DNA from: Camelus ferus
Lineage: Eukaryota
Direction: 5' to 3'
NCBI RefSeq assembly: GCF_009834535.1
Contig: NC_045707.1
Coordinates: 61,382,001 to 61,446,000 of the forward strand
DNA length: 64,000 bases
The stretch's first letter is position 1. The number at the start of each line of letters is the position of its first letter. Shown here in pieces: positions 50,516 through 64,000 of this stretch. Below the pieces are notes generated by a model, which made no database searches, was not told the DNA's origin, and saw only the letters and a list, made by a program, of their open reading frames with translations. A program made the position numbers and the translations under genes.

Positions 50516-51683
50516 TGAAGTCATTTCAAATTCTTTTTGTTATTCTCATGTTGGTTCTCGAAGTGGTTCTTCAAGAATTTACCCATTCTGTCTAAATTGT
50601 TCAATCTCTTGACAAAAAGTTACTCACTGTATTTACTTATCATTCTTTTAATTTCTCTAAGACTTCTCTAGTAGCATCCTTTGTTTTATTCTTGATATTG
50701 CAATTTTTGTTTTCTCTCTCTCTCTCTCTTTGTTTTTTCTGTCAACTTTGCTCATTGTAGGTAAGCTCAGCCAGGATTTCATGGGGCTGTTTGTTGCAAG
50801 GAGGATTAAAAGCTTTGGCCAAAGTCAGTAAGAAAGGCTGAACCAGGAAGAGAGAAAGAGCTAGTCAGATAAGAAACCAAACAGGAAACTTTTCCGTGGG
50901 GGGGTATCTGCGGTCATCTGATACCTAGAATCAAAGCTGGCAAAGGCAATTGCACACATGAACAAGTCAGTTGGTACTAAGAGTCTGTCTGTGAGGACGA
51001 CATCTGTCACTGATGAGACTATAACTTAACAACTTCAGAAGGTCACACTTTGATTTAAAACAGAAAGAACAAGAAAAATAGAATGAAAATATCTACTATC
51101 TGTTATTTAAAATAAGATGCCAGCTACTTGGGTAGAGCTGCTAAGATATGCTGATACTAAATCACTAATCAACATGATTGATGCTCATAAGTTTACCCAG
51201 GCAGTTAGGCCGGGGAATGCAGTCCATTAACACTGCTGTTTCGTCTTGAGTTTTACTGTCTTGAGGTTGTTCTTGAAGGAAGGGAAGGTTTAGTTGCACA
51301 AAACCTCATCTATAGTGGCTTAACTACAATGGGCTATACTTTTTCTAAAATAATAAGAAATCCAGAGGTGAGGAGTCCAGGGCAGGTGCAGCACCAACAA
51401 TGATGTCACTGTTTCCAGCTCTTCCTCTCTTTCTGCTTCATCATCCTTAGTGTGTGGCTTTTCCACTCATGCTTCTTATCTCACGGTCACAAGACAGCTG
51501 CCCCATCTAAATTTCACATCTACACTCCAGGTATGAAGAAGAAGGTAGGAAGGGATGGTGCCGATATCAGACCGGGGAGACAAAGGAGATAGCTAGTTTC
51601 TGATTTGTGCAGGAGGAGGAAAAAGAAAGGCTACCTCAGGAGAAGTTATTCAGAGAGATATCAGCATCCCCAGCCAAGGCACC

Positions 51684-51850
51684 TTTTGGGCTGCACCCTG
51701 CAGGCCTGCAAGCCTTGTACTACATGCCCAGCCTCAAGACCAAAGGGCCCAAAGTCTGACAGGGACGTCAGTGGTTTATTTGGATAGGGGATCTTACACA
51801 TCCTTGGAGGCAAAGATCGGAGTTGGGCTGTTAGAATGCCTTGGGCTGTT
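51684..51850 (-). mobile_element. LTR fragment related to 48785-49301
   Basis: Shares CCTGCAGG.CTGCAAGCC..GTAC..TGCCCAGC and GACAG.GAC.TCA; AATAAA on - near 51774-51779. Confidence 0.6.
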
Positions 51851-51998
51851 GGAAGCGGGAAGAGGCAAGGAAGCTTCACCTCCTCTAGGCTTCAATGGGA
51901 AGATGGCCCAACCTATATCTTGATTTTGGACTTCTGGCCTCCAGAAGTATAAAAGAATAAATTTTTTTTGTTTTAAGCCACCAAGTTTGTGGTACTTT

Positions 51999-52149
51999 TT
52001 AAAAAATTATTTATTATTGTATTATTTATTTTACTTTGGTGGGGGGCGTTAATTAGGTTTATTTATTTTTAGAGGAGGTACTGGGGATTGAATCCAGGAC
52101 CTCATGCACACGAAGTATGTACTCTTCCACTGAGCTATACTCCCACCCC
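51999..52149 (-). mobile_element. tRNA-derived SINE (Vic-1-like) inserted in an MLT1 LTR end
   Basis: Perfect 11-bp TSD TGTGGTACTTT (51988-51998 and 52150-52160). Confidence 0.85.
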
Positions 52150-53776
52150 TGTGGTACTTTGTTAAAGTAGCCATAATCCAGCATCTGTCTCAGATTTGGA
52201 GGATCTTAATTCCTGAGTGTCAGAGCTCGAGAGGGCAACGATAAAATAGAACCTACTGAGAGGAAGGTTTCCTTGGGTGTCATCCTGGGAGGGTAGCAAC
52301 ATAAGTGTTATTAAATCTCTATAAACAAATCAAAAGTAGAAATAGTAAAGAAGGAATTAAACCCAATGTACTAAGATTTTAGAATAGGACAAAGTTTTAA
52401 AATTATTATATTTACAAAAATACTATTTTTTCTTGCTTTTAAATTACATAAATAGTTCAACAGAATACCTTATACTAAAGCTGCAATTATAATCTATTTT
52501 TTAAGGAGAGGCAATTGTTTACTACATGTTTAATAAAATTCATGTTCATAATTTTGTTTATTTGAATATAAATAATAAGTTTAGCATTACAATAGGTAAA
52601 TAGTAATTTTTATGCAAAAGTCCTTTGATAGTAAATAACCTCTTAATTGAGATCATTAATTTTATTTAAGTCTTAATAATTATCCTAATGATTATGTGTA
52701 AATGACAAAACTGTTAAGCTGGAGTCAAATACATACATATGCTTATGTTACTGTTGTAATATAAGAATGTATTATGACGGCAGGAGGAGAGGAAAAAGCA
52801 AGGAATATGAGGGAGAAGCTCTCAAGGAAGAAATAGAAAAAATCGTGGAAGAAAAAGCTAAGAGGCAGAGCAAAAACTAGTGTCCTACAGAGGAAAGCAA
52901 GTAAGAAATGAGTGACAGTACATAAATAAGTAGAATAAATATGGAGCTAATATCCTGAATTGGAAAACCACAATAAGAAGTGTCCATTTTCACTTATTTA
53001 AAATATAAATCTCATACAATCACAATGATTAAAAATCCCAATTAAAGATACTAATGGGATTTGTCTGTAACGTGAAAAAATAATCCCAGTAAGAATAGAA
53101 AAAAAAATTGAAGAAAGAAAAATAAGGAGAGATTTCTTTAAGAGAGATGAGAAAATGTACTAGATTACTATAACAATAATAATAAGAATCTTACCGGTGT
53201 AAAAATGATGAAACTGGCCTCGGGCTCTTCTTATGCATTCTAGTCCTCTTACTCCACTCTAGCAGGAATATTAAATTTGATTAATCATAGTCCATTGCAC
53301 TGGCTTGGCCATGTTATTTGGAATGGAGCAGTCAAAGGAAAAAAAAAGTCCCAATAAACATGGGTGTGATTTCGTCTCTATTTTTGCGCCATACTTAGGG
53401 ACATCTCCTTCTGGAGTTGTAACATTTCTATCTTTACTCATACAGGATAGACCTGGGATAGACATCTGCTAAATTCTTTGGCTTCTGTTTCCTCTGGTAA
53501 TTGGCAGGTAGGTATGGCTTTCAGTTCTATTCAATGGTGAATCCTGAGATCCAGGGATAGGTATTGGGGTGGGAGAGTGCACAGGTCATAGTTGGACAGA
53601 GCTTAATCAAGCTCCCTATGGTTCTTTAGTGGGGACAAAGTCCTTGCTAACAGTAAAGTGTTACTTTGCCTTCCTTAAGTCTCATGTAGTGAGGGAGTAT
53701 GTGTCTGGGAGAGGGAGAGGAGCGAGGCGGATGTGATATTCCTAGTTCAAGAGACCTAGGTTAACAGCATCTCAGC

Positions 53777-54290
53777 TGTATTAGGGTTCTCCAGAGAAAC
53801 AGAACCAATAGGAGATATAGAGGTAAACAGAAAGGAGTCTATTATGAGGGAGAGGCTGACACGATTACAGAGGTTGAGGAGTCTTATGATTTGCCATCTG
53901 CAAGCTGCAGGCCCAGGACAGCTGGTGCTGCAGTCTTAGTTCAAGCCCGAAGGCCTGAGAACCAGGGTAGCCAATGGTGTAAGTCCCCATCTGAGTCTGA
54001 AGGCCTGAGAACCAGGAGTGCTGATGTCTGAGGGCGGAGGAAGATGGATGCCCAGCTTAAGCAGAAAGAGTGAATTTGCCCTTCGTCCACCTTTTCGTTC
54101 TATTAGCGCCCTCAGCAAATTGGATAATGCTCACCCACATTGGTGAGGGGGTCTTCTATACTGGCTCTGCTGATTCAAATGCTGATATCTTCTGGATGTA
54201 CCCTCACGGACACACCCAGAAAGAATGTTTTACCTGCTCTCTGGGCATCTCCTAGCCCAGTCAGGTTGACACATAAAATTAACCATCACC
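53777..54290 (-). mobile_element. MLT2-like (ERVL) solo LTR
   Basis: TGTATTAGGGTTCTCCAGAGAAACAGAACCAATAGGA...TTGACACATAAAATTAACCATCAC; TSD TCAGC/TCGGC. Confidence 0.82.
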
Positions 54291-57188
54291 TCGGCATAAT
54301 CCATTTCTTACCACTAACCTAACTAGACAGATCAATGGAATAAAATTAAAAATTTTAAACTAAATGCAAATGTTTATAAGATTTAATATATGGCAGCATT
54401 TACCAAACTATACTCTCTTGAAAACAGACCAGATATGTGAGAAAGCGCTAGATGGTAAGAAGGGTGGAAAACTACTCTTCATATTTTCCACGTGCCCTAG
54501 AGATCCCGCATTCAAATACAGCCTATCAAAGGCTCTGAGAATTCTTGTAGTATATAGGAAAGAGATCGATTTAACTTTAATTCAACATTTTCAAGTGCAA
54601 ATCAAAATTGTATTTGGCCAAAATTGCAATGGGATTTTTTTTGTCCTAGTATATGCCCAAACATACCTGGGGATTAACTAATGATTCAAAAAGTGATTTC
54701 AAGACAACTGGCTATCAGTTTGGGAAAAACTGTAGGGGCACGTTGCTGCAATTAACTGTGGGGACTCTGGTGTTTCTGGTTTCTGCGTACAGAACATTTC
54801 CCCATCCACTAGCTCTTTATAGCCATGGTTGGCTGTCCGTGTTGGTGACATGCTCTTCCACGTATTGGAATGGGCACAGATCCTAGATTGAGCCAGAGTC
54901 TTGCCTGGTCTTTGTCTGCATTCTCTGGGTATGGCCATTTGCTCAGGAATGAGATCATGATCCAGGCTAAGCCCATCAGAGTACTTCCTGAGTTTTGGGA
55001 TGGAGCTGGTAAGGCAAATTTTTTTCCCCTTCTTTGTAAGATATAAGAACACAGGCCTAGGGTTACTGACTGCCATCTTTCCTGCTACACAGAAAAATTT
55101 TAAACAGCACCCTAGACAAGTACAAAGGCAAGTGACAAACTGGGGACAGATACTGCAACCCATATGATATAGCATGGTGTACTGATTCTTTCACACTCTC
55201 TCAAGCCCTTAGCTGAGTCCAGGGTAAACAGAAAACCAAAAGGGTGTCACGGTATCATCTCTGTCCCCTTCATGATCCCCAAGTTTTCCCTGCAGAGATT
55301 TACCCATATTGAATAGGGAGTCTTTATGTGTCATTTCCATTGGCTGCCACTCTGCACAACTGCTATAGTAACCATATAAATGGACTGACAGATAAACAAG
55401 GCCCAAACCCTTGGGAACATCAGACAGTTTTTACTCATGTAAAAGACACAAAAGAATGTCAGGACATACGGCAGAGGGCAGCAATATTCTCCAGGACCAA
55501 GAGGGCACAGACTTCCTAGTACTAAACCTCACTAGCAGAGGTATGGTGGCAGAGATTAAAGTATAAATGAATGAAGGATTGGAGGCATATGCTGGGATAT
55601 TCCTGCACATAATGCGGTACAAACACGTGCTGGAGACTGCCTTACCAGGGCCAGGAGCATCTCAACAGTTTCAGTTTTACAATGCAGAATAGAATACGCG
55701 TACTTTAAGAAATTAATCAAATGCTTCTCCATCACACCCAGACCGTCTGTGCTAAAATATCCTGGCGAAAGTACCTTCCTGAACTCAGTGCCATGGAAAC
55801 AGAACAAGGGTAGTTTTCCCAGACATCTCTGGGATTCACACTAAAATCCCTTGAGCTAGCTGAAGGAGACAACCTGTAACTTGTGTAATAAAAATAAGTA
55901 TTCTAAGCTATGAAGTGGTACACAAATGCAAGATAATAATAATAATAAATAAAATCACTGAAGAGAATCAGCCCTTTTCTGTACCTAAGGCTTTATTTCA
56001 GGAGGCTGGGTTACTTCAAGAGGCTGACTTTACGGAAATTTTATGTGTGTACACACACACACACACACAGCAGAGCTCTTGAGAAAAACAAAATAAAGCA
56101 GGTGAAAACAAACAAACAAGCAGAAACTACCAAATACAAGAGAACAGTTCATGGCTTTTTTGTATAATTCTCATCTTGTCCCATTTAAGAACAGGCTTTC
56201 AGTATGACATACTTAATAAACATAGAGTTAGTTCCATCTGAGGTATTTTGCTTATGTTAGGTACTTTTATTCAGTTCACTTATTAGTACTACAAGCAGTA
56301 AGTTAATTTATATTATTAGCTTATGAACTTTTACTATACATATTGAATAACTGCAAGTAAATAACTATTTTATTTTATTTTATCAAATAAATTTGGAAGC
56401 AGCCAGACTGCTCAATCACAACTAATTAAACTTTTGACATTTATTAGCCCTTGGTGGTAACAAATTATATGGCCCAGTAAAGAATTACAGCGAGACTTTA
56501 ATTAAATATTGAACATGAAGTAGAAATAATAAATTTGTCTCCTAGCAGCATGTACAAATAACTCTTAAACCATTCCAGACATATACTACAGAGACAGAGA
56601 ATGGTATTAGATGCCTTGATAGCACGTGGAGAAAACCACCACCACCAACACCACTACCAATAACAGTTATGATAGGAATGATGAGAACAAGACCAAAAGT
56701 TATCAAATGCTTGTCCTGAACTTGGAACGGTCCTGAGCACCTTACATGTATAATCTTATTTAATACTCGAGAGACTTTTTAACCCACTTAAGAAAATTTT
56801 AAAGCACGTAGACAGAAACATAGTTAGAACATGGAAATTTCCTCCTTTATCAGGATAGCATTGTGCGATCTTAAGATTAATTAGACTGGCCAAATCTTTT
56901 CTTCAGTATTTCTTTCATCGTATCTTTATTTGTTCTTAGTGTCTAAGAACTTGCCTTACAGTACTTATTATAAATATATGGTTTTTGTTTGTTTCTTTAT
57001 TTTTTTAATTTAAATTCATTGAATAAATATGGGAAAAAGAAAGGAATAAAAGTTTTTGCAATAGTGGTTTGTGTGTATTCTTTCTCGTTAAAACTCCATG
57101 TTGGTTTTTTTTTTTCCCATTTGTTTTTTGGGGGATATTTTTTGCCTTTTTTTTGTATTACATTTTTGTCTTGTGCTAGTGGTAAATC

Positions 57189-57644
<456 letters not shown>

Positions 57645-59764
57645 CTAGAAAGAAAAAAAAGTTCATAAAGAATTATATAAAATTTCTTCTTTCTCTAGAA
57701 TAAAAGATACTTTTCCCCAACAATAATAACATCATACTCCTAGTGCTTGGGCACCATGCCCTCATCTTTGATGTGCCCCCCCCAACCAGTAGCCAGTTGT
57801 AAAGCACAATATATTTTATTTTAGTAAAAGTCAGCCTGGTCCGCTGGAAAGAGCATAGAAGTGTGGGGGTGAAGAGACGAGGATTCTAGTACTGATTCTG
57901 TCTCTAAACCGTCCTGTCAATTAAAATAAGCCACTTCACTTGTGCCATCTAAAGATTGTTCCAGCTTCAACATTCGAGGATCCTATAACATCTTATTTTT
58001 TAATTTCTCTTTTCCTCCTTCCCCAAGATCACTCCAAATTAATCTTCTGAATCTACTCACTATTCTCATTCAATTATTATCTTCAGAAGCTTTTAGTTGC
58101 TCTTCATTTCCTGGATAGCAAGGTTAACCGCAGAGCCTGGTATTCATTGTTTTTTGCTATCTAGCCCAATGCTATCATAATGCTTTTCAGGAAACAGATT
58201 TCCTTTACTCTGCTCACCGGGGCAGAGAAGGTCAAACAATCATTCCCAGATTCCACTAGGAAGGCGAGTGGGAGGATAAATGAGGTCTCACATGTGGAGA
58301 GCCCAAAGTCCACCAGGGCCTTGTCTTGCAATGATACTACCCTTAGAGGAAAACCTAGAAATCATTCTTCAGGCACCTTGGAGATGAACTGACCTTCTGT
58401 TGAGTCTTTCAGGTTATTTTAATCCTCTTGTGCTTGGTATTATTTATTACCTCATATTTTATGAAATCATTTCTATTTTCAAGCTCCTTAGAAAAAATCT
58501 TTTACCACGTAGTCTGTATTTTCTCTAATTCATTCTGTGTATTGATTGCTTAGTAAGAGTAATGATGTAATTAGTATGTTTGTTCTTTGACTTTTCAGTT
58601 CGCATCACTAATTTTCATTGACTACGTTCTTCCTTTACTTTTGCGCTTGATTAAATATTTAAATACATCCAAATTTACTTACATCTCTATTGTTTGATTT
58701 ATCTGCCTTAAATAATATCTTTTGCCCCTGGCTATAAAAGTTGAAGAAATTAAGCACATTTTTCTACCTCTGTCTTCTCCTCCCAAGTTTCATTAATTAC
58801 ACCATTTGTATATGCCAGAATTTATTACATGTACATTTAGTTTTGTAATTACAACCTTCAGGTTTGCTTTAGTCTTTATCTATCAGTTAAAATTCAATGC
58901 TTAGGGGTAGTTCTTTCAGTGCAGCTTTTTGCTTTTCCATTCATCATTTTGGTGAAAGTCATTCAGTCTTGAGGAAGTGCTCAAGACTACCATATACCAC
59001 AAGTTACTGCATGTTCCCACAATGTTTGTTGGTTTGCTTATATGTGAAGAATAAATTTGGCTGCATATAAATCCTTGGTTGTCATTTCTTGCATTAAGGA
59101 CAACATAGGCATCACTCCACCATCTCTTAGCATTGACTGTTATTGTAGAGAAGCTTGAGTCCAGCCTGAACTTTTCCCCTCTGTGCAGACTGTCAAATGC
59201 CAACGTGGCATTATGACCACATCCGTGTAATGTCCATTTTGTATTGGAGAGACCATTATTCTTCAGAGGTAGTTGTTAGCCAGAGACCTCAATGGATGTG
59301 AGATTCACAGTGGTTTCTTGGTAGAATGGGAAACTGTCCGCTTTGCTGCTGAACAATGAGAGAGTTGGCAGAAGACTTCTCAAAGACTCTTGAGAATAGC
59401 AGCAATTTCCTGGAAAATTTTTGAGACCCACCTATTCCTGTCTAAGAGGTCTTCAGTGTCTGCTTCCCTGAACTTTTGACTATGCCTTCTCTGCTCTTTC
59501 GTGGCAACTTCTCTGATCTTTGCTACCACAGAGTTTACAACCTTCATGTAAGCTATATTTCCTACTCTAAACACTGTATTCTCAGAATATTTAGAGTGGC
59601 TGTTTTTCTGACTCAACTCAGACTGTTGAACTCTCTAATAAATGATTTTACATTTTTGCTTGGATGCTTAAAGGATTCTTTCTTTTCTTCTAACTTATAA
59701 GCAATGTCTAAATGGTGACTATTTTGTGTCACTTCTCCCTGGCACACCGTATACACTTCTTTTT

Positions 59765-60590
59765 TCTTTTTAAGGTTGTTTTTATTTTATTTTATTTTAT
59801 TTTACTTTAATTGAAGTATAATTGGCATAAAACCTATTGGTTTCAGTTGTACAACATAATGATTCAATATTTGTATGCTTTGTGACATGATCACCACAGT
59901 AAGTCTAATTTACATCTGTCACCATACATAGTTACAATTTTTTTTTCTTGTGATGAGAACTTTCAGGATTTACCCTCCTAGCAACTTTCAAATATGCAAC
60001 ACAGTAGTATTAATTATAGTCACCATGCTGTACATTACATCCCATGACTTATTTTATAACTGAAAGTGGAAGTTTTGACTTCTTCACCCATTTCACCCAC
60101 CCTCCAACCCTCACCTCTAGCAACCACCAATCTGTTTTCTGGATCTGGAGCTTGGTTCTTTTGTTTGTTTTTTATTCTACATACAGATGAGATCATACAG
60201 TACTTGTCTTTCTCTGTCTGACTTATTTCATTTAACATAATGCCCTTAAGGTCCATCCATGTTGTCATAAATGGCAAGATTTCCTTCTTTTTCATGGTTC
60301 AATAAGATTGTACTGTATGTATATATATATATATATATATATATACCACATTTTCTTTATCCATTCATCCATCAGTGGACACTTACGTTGTTTCCATATC
60401 TTAGAAATTGTAAATAATGCTGCAATAAACATGGGGGTGCATACATCTTTTCAAGTTAGTGTTTTCATCTTCTTTGGATAAATACCAGGAAGTGGAATTG
60501 CTGGATCATATGGTAGTTGTATTTTTAAATATTTGAGGAACTTCCAGACTAATTTCTATAGTGGCTGTATCAATTTACATTCCAGTGTGT
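59765..60590 (-). mobile_element. L1 3' region (end of ORF2 and 3'UTR)
   Basis: Minus ORF KKKEILPFMTTWMDLKGIMLNEISQ is an L1 ORF2 C-terminal remnant; (TTTTA)n tail. Confidence 0.85.
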
Positions 60591-61269
60591 GCACATTCTA
60601 GAATTTCTATTCCTGAAGTTCTAATTATTTTTTTAAGTGTCTATCTATCTATAGCTTTATTTTCTGTTCTATTATTTTGGTTCTGTTTTTCAGGGCCTCT
60701 AATTATTCACATATTGAATTTATCAGTGCATGTTTATAATTTTCTCTTTAATCTTTTAAATTCCTTGCTTGCAGTTCTCAGTCATGACCTCCATATCCCT
60801 TACTGTATTTTCCAGCATTCTTGGTTCCTTGTCTGTTTTCAGTGTGATATTCACTTATGTAATTGTTTTGCCTTTTTTTCCCCACGTTTTTTGTATGCCC
60901 TACCAGTGTTTTTATCTTCTGTTATTTTGCCATGCCTTCCTTGACTTTTGTGTCTTTGCTTTGTTCTCTTGTTTTAAGTTGCTTTATGGTATATCTGTTC
61001 TCATTTTCTATCTATTCCATGGTACTATATTCTGGTGATTGATGGCAGTATTATTTTGCCATTTTTGGTTTGTTTTTTCTCTTTTTCTTGGGTCTTTTTT
61101 GTATAGATGATATACCAGTCTTTTTTCGGTATCATCTGCTTTCTATACTGTGTAACAAATTACCACAAAGTTATGACAACACACATTTATTATCTCACAG
61201 TTTCTGTGGTCAGGAGTCCAGGCATGGCTTGGCTTGGTTTTCTGCTTCCAGGTCTCACTAAAAAAACCA

Positions 61270-64000
61270 AAACCCAAGACAACTCACTGGAAGGACTCAT
61301 TACCAAAGTAGAGATGACAAGGGACAGAGTTTGTGAACTCAAAGATGAGAGGTCAACAAAAATGATACGATCTGAGTGACTGAAGATTAAAAAAAATGAA
61401 GAGAGTCTCAGGGAAACTGTGGGACAACAAAAAGTCTAACACTCACGTCATCAGAGTCCCAGTCAGAGAAGAGAAAGAATGTGTTGCTGGAAAAAAATAA
61501 ATAGGAAGATAATGGCTGAAAACTTCTCAAGTTTGGAAAAAGATACAGACCTATGGATTCAAGAAGCTAAATATACTTCAAGCAGAACAAACCCAGTGAA
61601 ATTCATGCTCAGACACATTATAGTCAAACTGCTGAGAATTAAATACAAAAAAATACAATAAAATTTTGAAAGAGGTCAGAAGAGAATAACAAGAAAGAGT
61701 TAAATGACTGTGGGTTTCTCATCAGAAACTATAGATGCCAGAAGAGGCTGCTACAATATTTTCAAAGTGCTAAAAGGAAAGGACTGTCAAGAAAATAATT
61801 CTATATCCAGAAAAAATAACCTTCAGAAATGAAAAGGAAATAAAAACATTTTTGAATGAAGATTTGTAGCCAACAAACCTGCTCTAAAAGAATTGCTAAA
61901 ATAAATTCTTCACATACAGCGTAAATGATACCAGAAGAAAACTTGAACTATCAGGAATGAAGGGAGAGCCACAAATGGTTAAAAAAAAAAAAAAATAGAC
62001 TATCTGGATAAATATAATAGACTACTCTTCTCCTCTTGAGTTATTTAAAATATATTTGAGAGTTGAAAACAAAAAGTATAACACTGATGGCATTTTCAGT
62101 GTATGTAGATTTAATATGTAAAATAACTATGGGGGAAGATAAAGAGATCTGTACCATGGTAAAGTTTCCAAATTCCAACTGAAGTGGTAAAATATTGATT
62201 CTAAATAGACTGTGAAAAGTACATATGTTGTTATCCCTAGGACAACAAGTGAAAAAATTTTTATAAAGAGATACAAAGAAACCATAATAGACAAATTAAA
62301 TGAAACAATGAAAAGGGTTTAACGTAAAAGAAGGCATAAAAAGGGAAACAGCAATTAAAAAAAAAAAAAGGAAAAAAAAAATCCAGAAAACAAATCAAAT
62401 GGTAGACCTTATTTCAAACACATTTAATAATTAATAATTTTACTAAATGTAAGTGGTCTAAATATATCAATTAAAACAGAGATTGTCAGAATAGATTTAA
62501 AAAACATGATCCAACCACATGCTGTCTATAAAAAAAATGGGTTGTTCAAACATAAATTAACAGAAAGCTGAAGTGCCTATATTTATATAGACAAAATAGA
62601 CTTCAGTGTAAAAAAAATTGCCAGGGATAAAGAGGGACATTACTTATTTTTTTCCTTCCAGTTTTATTGAGATATAATTGGTATTGCAATGCAATATAAG
62701 TTTAAAGTGTACAGCATAATGATTTGACTTATACACATCATGAAATCACCACAAGAAGTTTAGTGAATATCCATCACCTCATATAGACACAAAATAAAAG
62801 AAAAAGAAAAAGATATTTTTTTCTTGTGATGAGAACTCTTAGGATTTAGTCTCTTAATAACTTTCAGATATAACTTACAGCAGTGTTAATTATATTTACC
62901 ATGTTGTACATTACATCCCTAGTACTTATTTATCTTACAACCACAAGTTAGTTCCTTTTGACTACCTTCATCCAATGCCCAAGAGAAACACTACGTATAG
63001 ATAAAATGGTCAAGTCGCCAAGAGCAAGTATAAAATTCTAATTGTATATGCACCGAATAACAGAGTTCCAACACACATGAAAAAACCTGACAGAACTAAA
63101 AGGGAAAAATAGTGAAATCTACAATTATAGCCAGAAACTTCAACATCCTTCTCTCAAAAATTGATAGAATATCTAGACAGAAAATCATTAGGGATGTAGA
63201 AGGACAACCCCATCAACCAACAGAATCGAATTGACATGTATGGAACACTATACCCCAAAATAGCAGAATCACATTCTTTTTAAAGCACCCATAGAATATA
63301 TACCAAAGTAGAACATATCTTAGGCCAAAAACAAACCTAAAAAACTTAAAAGAACTGAAATCCATATGCAGTATGTTCTCTGACTAAAATGGGATCAAAC
63401 TAGAAATCAGAAACAGAAAAGATAACCAAAAAGTTTTAAACCACTTACAATAGTTCCAAAAAAAAAAAAAAAAAAAAAAAACTTAAGAGATAACTCTAAC
63501 AAAACATATACCGAATATATAGTCTGAAAACCACAAAACATTGGTAAAAGAACTCAAAATGTGCCTCCCCAAAATGGAAAAACAAACTGTGTTTATGGAT
63601 TGGCAGACTCGGTATAGTCAATATCCATTCAGATTTATCTATAGCTTTAATACAATTTTTATCAAAATCCCAGAAAGGCTTTTTATAGACATAGACAAGC
63701 TTATTTTAAAACTTACATGGAAAGGCTAGGCACTAGAATAGCTACAACTATATTTTAAAAGTAAAGTAGGAGAATCACTCTACCTGATATTAAGGGTCTT
63801 TTATATAGCCACAGTAACCAAAACAGTGTGGACTGGTGAAGGGACAGACACATAAATCAATGGAACAGAATAGAGAACCCAGAATAGACCCACACAAATA
63901 CGCTCAACTGACTTTTGACAAAAGTGCAAAAGCAATTCAGTGGTGAAAAGATAGTCTTTTCTACAAGTGGTGGTAGAATAGTTGGTCTTCTACATGTAGT
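61270..64000 (+). mobile_element. Degenerate L1 (ORF1 and ORF2 remnants) with a nested antisense L1 at ~62644-62980
   Basis: IMAENFSSL..RHIIVKLL (ORF1), endonuclease-like LNVSGLN and YAPNN, IPERLF..DKLILK (ORF2). Confidence 0.82.

Noticed and set aside
59190..59640. 78-aa minus ORF as a retrocopy
   Set aside because: No recognisable protein; more likely an old LTR within L1, family not assignable by eye

Overview
Mammalian genomic DNA, probably camelid because of five Vic-1-like tRNA-derived SINEs, covering the KRR1-GLIPR1-GLIPR1L2 locus. It holds the complete 10-exon KRR1 CDS on + (12188-24138, 381 aa) and the complete 6-exon GLIPR1 CDS on - (38392-25176, 266 aa), arranged tail-to-tail with stops about 1 kb apart. 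The last two exons of GLIPR1L2 lie on - (57644-57189). The GLIPR1/GLIPR1L2 intergenic region is a nest of endogenous retroviruses. It includes a 5'-truncated MER34-like provirus whose decayed env resembles HEMO (ERVMER34-1) by my recollection of that protein; the provirus begins about 0.5 kb from the GLIPR1 ATG and carries a younger solo LTR, a SINE and an L1 fragment. A second ERV1-class element with a tRNA-Leu-type PBS and further nested LTRs follows. The rest is MaLR/ERVL LTRs, L1, MIR/L2 and hAT remnants. All protein and repeat-family comparisons are from memory, not database searches. I see no clear evidence of a wholly new system; the best leads are the HEMO-like env relic, the nested antisense 3' ends and the tubulin/RPGR-like acidic tail of GLIPR1L2.
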